A stretch of DNA of 64,000 nt, from assembly GCA_038227875.1 (NCBI GenBank), contig JBBRPR010000004.1, forward strand, positions 160,001 to 224,000. Direction: 5' to 3'. Every line of letters starts with the position of its first letter. Within the stretch, counting starts at the first letter, position 1. The notes below the pieces were generated by a model. It saw only the letters and a list, made by a program, of their open reading frames with translations. It searched no databases and was not told the origin of the DNA. The position numbers and the translations under genes were made by a program. Shown piece by piece: positions 59,172-64,000 of this stretch. The stretch comes from Planctomycetota bacterium. GTDB taxonomy: Bacteria > Planctomycetota > SZUA-567 > H5-PLA8.

Positions 59172-60180
59172 CCGCCCTTTAACAACGTCACTTGCTCTTG
59201 GCTGCCGCAGACTTCAAATCAAGCATCATCATCCAATTCCATTCAGCGTCGAGAACGAGAAGATACTCTGTCTGTGGATCAAAAACTACATTCGCGCCCA
59301 TCTCTACGGGCGGAATTGAAATAACGTCGGCAACCTTTTTCTGCTCGACATCGAGCGCGACGATTTGATCAACAACATCATGACCATTGAGCTCCCTTCT
59401 CACTAAGCCGAATGCGTATCGGTATTCCGAATCCAAAGCGAGCGGAAACACGACGCTGTTCGGAGAAGGTGCTTCCCAGGTTGTCTTGAAGCTCTTGTTT
59501 CCATTCTTGTACCCAATTTCATTGCCACGCGACGTAAGAAACATTTCCGCAGGCATCACTTGCGGGACAGGTCCAGCACCGCGATCGCCGTCGCTTGATT
59601 TCACCTCAGCCACCTCGTGTGTACCCCAGTTGACTTGAAGGCCTGTATTAGCCAATCGTGCCCCCACACTTGATACCAAACCTGTGTCCGAGCGCACGGT
59701 ACTGATGTGAAGGGGCCTTGTACTCGTTCCGCTTTGCATCCGTAATAGGGGTTTATAATCAGTCAAGATGATAGGTTTGAACCGGTTGCCTGTACCGCCA
59801 TTCCATGGTTTTATTTTTATGCCAGCCCTCTGTTCGGAGGAGGCTTCCGGGATCGACGTGTTATGCTCTTCGGCTGCAGGAGCGTCGGGAATTTCAATAG
59901 TCTTGCGTGCCGGTGATTGTGCCATGGTATCCGGCGCTGCTGTAGGAAGCGTTCTAACGGTCTCTTTCTTTTCTTCCGGATGTCCGTACATAAGCACAGA
60001 CGCTCCAGCGACTAAAAACAAGACCAACACCATCCAGACTTTCTTGTTACTCATATACTCTCCTACTTTGCTGGGGTGATGACGTCTTGCCGCAAGCATA
60101 GTTGATTCGCGATTGTGTCGCGGACGATTCCGCCGGAAGAAGATCGCGCGATGGCGCTGAAAGTCGCGTAACCGCCCTTT
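59127..60180. mobile_element. Candidate small genomic islet bounded by 54-bp direct repeats
   Basis: 59127-59180 and 60127-60180 match at 53/54 and enclose one AT-richer gene. No integrase present. Confidence 0.6.
59188..60054 (-). CDS. Hypothetical exported or membrane-anchored protein with atypical codon usage
   Basis: AGGAG RBS, N-terminal hydrophobic helix and beta-rich C-terminus. Confidence 0.72.
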   Translation of the reverse strand: MSNKKVWMVLVLFLVAGASVLMYGHPEEKKETVRTLPTAAPDTMAQSPARKTIEIPDAPAAEEHNTSIPEASSEQRAGIKIKPWNGGTGNRFKPIILTDYKPLLRMQSGTSTRPLHISTVRSDTGLVSSVGARLANTGLQVNWGTHEVAEVKSSDGDRGAGPVPQVMPAEMFLTSRGNEIGYKNGNKSFKTTWEAPSPNSVVFPLALDSEYRYAFGLVRRELNGHDVVDQIVALDVEQKKVADVISIPPVEMGANVVFDPQTEYLLVLDAEWNWMMMLDLKSAAAKSK

Positions 60181-60262
60181 TGCACACGTGAGCCGTTTCC
60201 TCGTCTGATTTATTGACAGTGCTGTTCTGTTTCATCGTTATCATTCGGGAGAGGGAGCCCGC

Positions 60263-61426
60263 GTGAAACGGTATTGTTTGTTGGCGATGCTATTTTGCTT
60301 TGTGTCCTGTGCGGGCGTGACGGCTGAAACCGCAATTCTGATGGACGATCCCTCCACAGCGAATCAGGCAGAACTGGCAGCGGATCGCCGCGCTGCGATT
60401 CAAAAGAAACTGACCGAAGCCGAAAACATGCGCACCTATCCGCTCTGGGATGGCGCGGAATCCGTGGCGGATTACGCCAAGCGCATCAATATTCCACCGG
60501 CGATCACCGTACAACTGCGACCGGGTGTCAGCATCGAGATGGTGCTGATTCCGGCCGGCAATTTCATGATGGGAGTGGAAGAACCCGTCAAGCCCAGCGC
60601 ATCGCCTTATCAAACCATCGAGAGCGAAACGCTCACCGGACTGGGGTTGGCGTTGTTCATTTCCATGCTCGTTATCCCTCTCGGGCGCGCACGGCGGTTG
60701 AACCAGCGCCCCTCATTTTCACTGCGCTGGCTGATGGTTTTCACCGTGGGCTTAAGCCTGATCTCCCTCGGCGCAGCCCGGTTGATCCAAGGCGATCCAT
60801 GGGAGAAATACAAGGAGGAGATGTCTCGCTACAATGCAGTGCCCGGCGATGAGAAACCCGCCCTGTTCGAATGCGTCGGCCATCCCTTCTACATGAGCAA
60901 ATTCAAACTCACGCAGGCCGAGGCCGGTCCGAACCTTTACGCATTCATAGGAGATAAAAATCCGGCGGAGTCCAACCATATCGGGTACGCCAAAGCGTAT
61001 TGTGAGGAATTCAATCACCATCAAACCGACGAACTCGCGTGCATTCGCATCCCCACAGAAGCCGAATGGGAATTCGCCTGCCGCGCCGGATCGCGGAGCG
61101 ACTACGGCACTGGCAACCTTGAATCGGATCTGGATGCGCTCGCCTGGTATGTGAACAACAGCGGCGGTACGACGCATCCCGTCGGTCAGAAAGCTCCGAA
61201 CAAATTCGGCCTGTACGACATGCTCGGCAATCTCCCCGAATGGTGCACGTCCGACTACGGCATCATTGTCCGAGGCGGCTCCTTTGCATCGCCTCCCTAC
61301 CACTGCCGGACGCACAGCAGACGACCGGAATATGGCTACTTCTACGGCGCGGACAAAGGTCTCGTCGGCATCCGACTGGTCATGCCCTGCTGGGCCGCCA
61401 AATATCTGGAGCCGGGAACGCAGTAA
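60263..61426 (+). CDS. Formylglycine-generating enzyme (SUMF1) domain protein with inserted TM hairpin
   Basis: MVLIPAGNFMMG, RIPTEAEWEFACRAG, PNKFGLYDMLGN..EW, RGGS. Confidence 0.88.
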   Translation: MKRYCLLAMLFCFVSCAGVTAETAILMDDPSTANQAELAADRRAAIQKKLTEAENMRTYPLWDGAESVADYAKRINIPPAITVQLRPGVSIEMVLIPAGNFMMGVEEPVKPSASPYQTIESETLTGLGLALFISMLVIPLGRARRLNQRPSFSLRWLMVFTVGLSLISLGAARLIQGDPWEKYKEEMSRYNAVPGDEKPALFECVGHPFYMSKFKLTQAEAGPNLYAFIGDKNPAESNHIGYAKAYCEEFNHHQTDELACIRIPTEAEWEFACRAGSRSDYGTGNLESDLDALAWYVNNSGGTTHPVGQKAPNKFGLYDMLGNLPEWCTSDYGIIVRGGSFASPPYHCRTHSRRPEYGYFYGADKGLVGIRLVMPCWAAKYLEPGTQ

Positions 61427-61666
61427 ACCTAGTTTTAAAACTTATGTATTAAATCATTGATAAACCCTATTCTGCGGTCTATTATCACGGATTGGATGCC
61501 CCGCTCTCTGACAATCGCATAGCGGTTTCTGTACGTTCGGCCATACACGCGGAGCTATTCCACGGAGAACTACGCCTTCGTGGATTAGCTCCACCGAGCT
61601 TCTACAACCGGCCAGGCAGGTACAACAACGCTGTTGTACCGGAAAACACCAAGCACCTGAAAACGC

Positions 61667-61696
61667 GTAACATTTTGTAACATTCTGTCACATTTG
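61667..61696 (+). promoter_or_regulatory. Three 10-bp-period direct repeats upstream of ilvD
   Basis: gtaacatttt gtaacattct gtcacatttg. Confidence 0.5.
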
Positions 61697-61833
61697 CCTA
61701 TGAAGCTTGTGTGGTACTTCACCCCGTGCAAGTGACCCGAATGTTACATCGGACTGAAGGTCCGTAGGCCCGGATCATGACTTCGACTTTCGGCCTCGAT
61801 CCGCTAAAAAGGATCGCAGGAGGTAAGACCACC

Positions 61834-63516
61834 ATGCGTTCCGACATGATCAAGAAGGGCTTCGACCGGGCTCCGCACCGCAGCTTGCTGCGCGCGACGG
61901 GCAAGATTGAATCCAATGAAGATTTCAAGAAGCCCTTCATCGCCGTCTGCAACAGTTACGTCGACATCATCCCCGGCCACGCCCATCTGCAGGCGTTCGG
62001 CAAGCTCGCCCGCGACGCGGTTCGCGCGGCCGGCGGCGTGCCCTTCGAATTCAACACCATCGGCGTCGACGACGGCATCGTCATGGGCCATTCGGGCATG
62101 CGCTACAGCCTGCCCTCGCGCGAACTGATCGCCGACTGCGTCGAGACCATGGCCAAGGCCCATTGCTTCGACGGCATGATCTGCATCACCAACTGCGACA
62201 AGATCGTCCCCGGCATGCTGATGGGCGCGGCGCGCGTCAACATCCCCACCATCTTCGTCTCCGGCGGACCGATGAAAGCCGGCGTCGACAAGGACGGCAA
62301 GAAAGCCGACCTGATCACCGTCTTCGAAGCCGTCGGCCTCCAGGCCTCCGGCCGCATCGACGCCAAACAGCTCAGCGCGCTGGAAGAGATCGCCTGCCCG
62401 ACCTGCGGTTCGTGCTCCGGCATGTTCACCGCCAATTCCATGAACTGCCTCTGCGAAGCACTGGGCATCGCGCTCCCCGGCAACGGCACGCGCCTGGCGA
62501 TCACGCAGGAACGCAAGGACCTCGTCACCCAGGCCGCCACGCAGTTGATCTCACTGATCGAGAAGGATCTCAAATTCGGCGACGTGGTCACGGCCGGCAG
62601 CATCGACAACGCCGTGGCGCTCGACATGGCCATGGGCGGCTCGACCAACACCGTGCTCCACGTCCTGGCGCTCGCTGTTGAAGCCGGCGTCGATTATCCG
62701 CTCGAACGCTTCAACGAAGTCTCCGCGCGCGTGCCGCATCTGGCCAAGGTCAGCCCCGCGTGGGACGGACCCAAGCAGTGGCACATCGAAGACGTCGACC
62801 GCGCCGGCGGCATCAGCGCGATCTTGAAAGAGCTCTCGAAGAAGCCCGGCGTGCTCGACCTGACCCGCCCGACCGTGACCGGCAAGTCGCTCGGTGAAAA
62901 CCTCGCCGGTGTCGAGAACTTGAACCCGGAATGCATCCGTCCATTTGAGACGCCGCATTCGGTGCGCGGCGGACTGTGCGTGCTCTTCGGCAACCTCGCG
63001 CTGGAAGGCGCGGTGATCAAGGTCGGCGCCGTCGATCAGAAGGAAATGAAGTTCACCGGCCCCGCTCATGTTTTCGAGAGCGAAGAGCTGGCGCTCGACG
63101 CCGCGAAAGCCAACAAGATCGTCGCCGGCGATGTGGTCGTCGTGCGCAACGAAGGCCCGCGCGGCGGACCTGGCATGCGCGAAATGCTGCAGCTCACCGC
63201 GTTCGTAAAGGGCACGCCGCTGAGCGACAAGGTCGCGCTGATCACCGACGGCCGCTTCTCCGGCGGCACGCGCGGTCTGTGCATCGGCCACGTTTCTCCC
63301 GAAGCGGCCGAGGGCGGCGCGATCGGGTTGATCCAGAACGGCGACATCATCCACATCGATCTCAACGCGCGGAAGTTGAACGTGGAACTCACCGACGAAC
63401 AGCTGGCCGAGCGCAAGAAGAGCTGGCGCCATCCCGACCCGATCAGCGGCCGCGGCTGGCTGCCGCGCTACCAGAAGCTGGTCGGCAACGCCTCGCGCGG
63501 CGCAGTTCTGGGGTAG
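61834..63516 (+). CDS. ilvD: Dihydroxy-acid dehydratase
   Basis: [58 protein letters not shown]. Confidence 0.97.
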   Translation: MRSDMIKKGFDRAPHRSLLRATGKIESNEDFKKPFIAVCNSYVDIIPGHAHLQAFGKLARDAVRAAGGVPFEFNTIGVDDGIVMGHSGMRYSLPSRELIADCVETMAKAHCFDGMICITNCDKIVPGMLMGAARVNIPTIFVSGGPMKAGVDKDGKKADLITVFEAVGLQASGRIDAKQLSALEEIACPTCGSCSGMFTANSMNCLCEALGIALPGNGTRLAITQERKDLVTQAATQLISLIEKDLKFGDVVTAGSIDNAVALDMAMGGSTNTVLHVLALAVEAGVDYPLERFNEVSARVPHLAKVSPAWDGPKQWHIEDVDRAGGISAILKELSKKPGVLDLTRPTVTGKSLGENLAGVENLNPECIRPFETPHSVRGGLCVLFGNLALEGAVIKVGAVDQKEMKFTGPAHVFESEELALDAAKANKIVAGDVVVVRNEGPRGGPGMREMLQLTAFVKGTPLSDKVALITDGRFSGGTRGLCIGHVSPEAAEGGAIGLIQNGDIIHIDLNARKLNVELTDEQLAERKKSWRHPDPISGRGWLPRYQKLVGNASRGAVLG

Positions 63517-63637
63517 GCGCCTTGCGGCGCAGGGGCCAGTGTATAGACGCACACCGCAGGTGATTGGCGGTGTGGCGCGGTCGTGGCGAGAAGGTAGTCG
63601 GCACAAGCAGGTGGCAGTTACGGAAGAGCGAGAGAGT

Positions 63638-63868
63638 ATGCCCGACCCCAAACCTCAATCCCAACCCAACAACCCGCTCCACGGCCTGACGCTCGAAGCC
63701 ATCGTCACCGAGCTCGTCGCGCGGCACGGCTGGCCGGAGCTCGGCAAGCGCATCAACATCCGCTGCTTCACGTCCAACCCGAGCGTCAAGTCGAGCCTCA
63801 CCTTTCTGCGCAAAACGCCGTGGGCGCGGCAGAAGGTTGAAGATCTGTATCTGGAATCGAAGCGCTAA
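63638..63868 (+). CDS. VF530/DUF2132 family DNA-binding protein
   Basis: [10 protein letters not shown]...GW.EL...[28 protein letters not shown]. Confidence 0.9.
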   Translation: MPDPKPQSQPNNPLHGLTLEAIVTELVARHGWPELGKRINIRCFTSNPSVKSSLTFLRKTPWARQKVEDLYLESKR

Positions 63869-63873
63869 ATAGA

Positions 63874-63917
63874 ACTGCCTCTATCCATCGGCCGTTTGAC
63901 CGACGAATAGAGGCAGT
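63874..63917. terminator. Hairpin between convergent genes
   Basis: actgcctctat ... atagaggcagt, 11-bp stem. Confidence 0.55.
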
Positions 63918-63939
63918 GACTTGTGTCGCCGTACTTCGC

Positions 63940-64000
63940 TTACTTGCCCTGCTTGCCGAAGACGAACTTGGCGCTGTTGTTCTTGAACTTCACCGGGAAC
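63940..64000 (-). CDS. 3' end of a gene extending beyond the window
   Basis: Reads ...FPVKFKNNSAKFVFGKQGK-stop with GC-rich third positions. Confidence 0.5.
   Translation of the reverse strand, partial: FPVKFKNNSAKFVFGKQGK

Noticed and set aside
59165..59187. Integron attC site around GCGTAAC
   Set aside because: Does not fit the RYYYAAC...GTTRRRY core pair with an attC hairpin, and no integron integrase is present.
61700..61735. uORF MKLVWYFTPCK as an ilv attenuator leader
   Set aside because: Not enriched in Ile/Leu/Val, no clear RBS, and no terminator before ilvD.

Overview
GC-rich bacterial chromosomal window, most likely from a planctomycete or PVC-superphylum organism. This is inferred from the PQQ-like beta-propeller, tandem DUF1559-like prepilin proteins, an FSLR membrane motif, a large TPR-Ser/Thr kinase and a squalene-hopene cyclase. 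It holds about 50 CDS: sugar-catabolism modules with three AraC regulators, an Opp/Dpp ABC operon, a LarA-family enzyme, an NfnB/GltD-NfnA fused flavoprotein, an M42 peptidase, ilvE, rsgA, shc, a KaiC-like ATPase/hybrid kinase locus and ilvD. I saw no rRNA, tRNA, CRISPR array, transposase or integrase. The most interesting signals are non-coding: (1) a structured leader in front of rsgA with an RLR-containing uORF (MSRLRRDSLR) and an 8-bp anti-SD helix, resembling antibiotic-responsive attenuators; (2) a 56-nt repeat in three copies with compensatory stem changes and an invariant loop; (3) a set of 26-bp ACC...GGT intergenic palindromes, two sharing ACCT-N4-GCCACGTGGC-N4-AGGT; (4) an AT-richer orphan gene flanked by a 54-bp direct repeat that duplicates a gene 3' end. 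All protein calls come from motif recognition by eye, not database searches.
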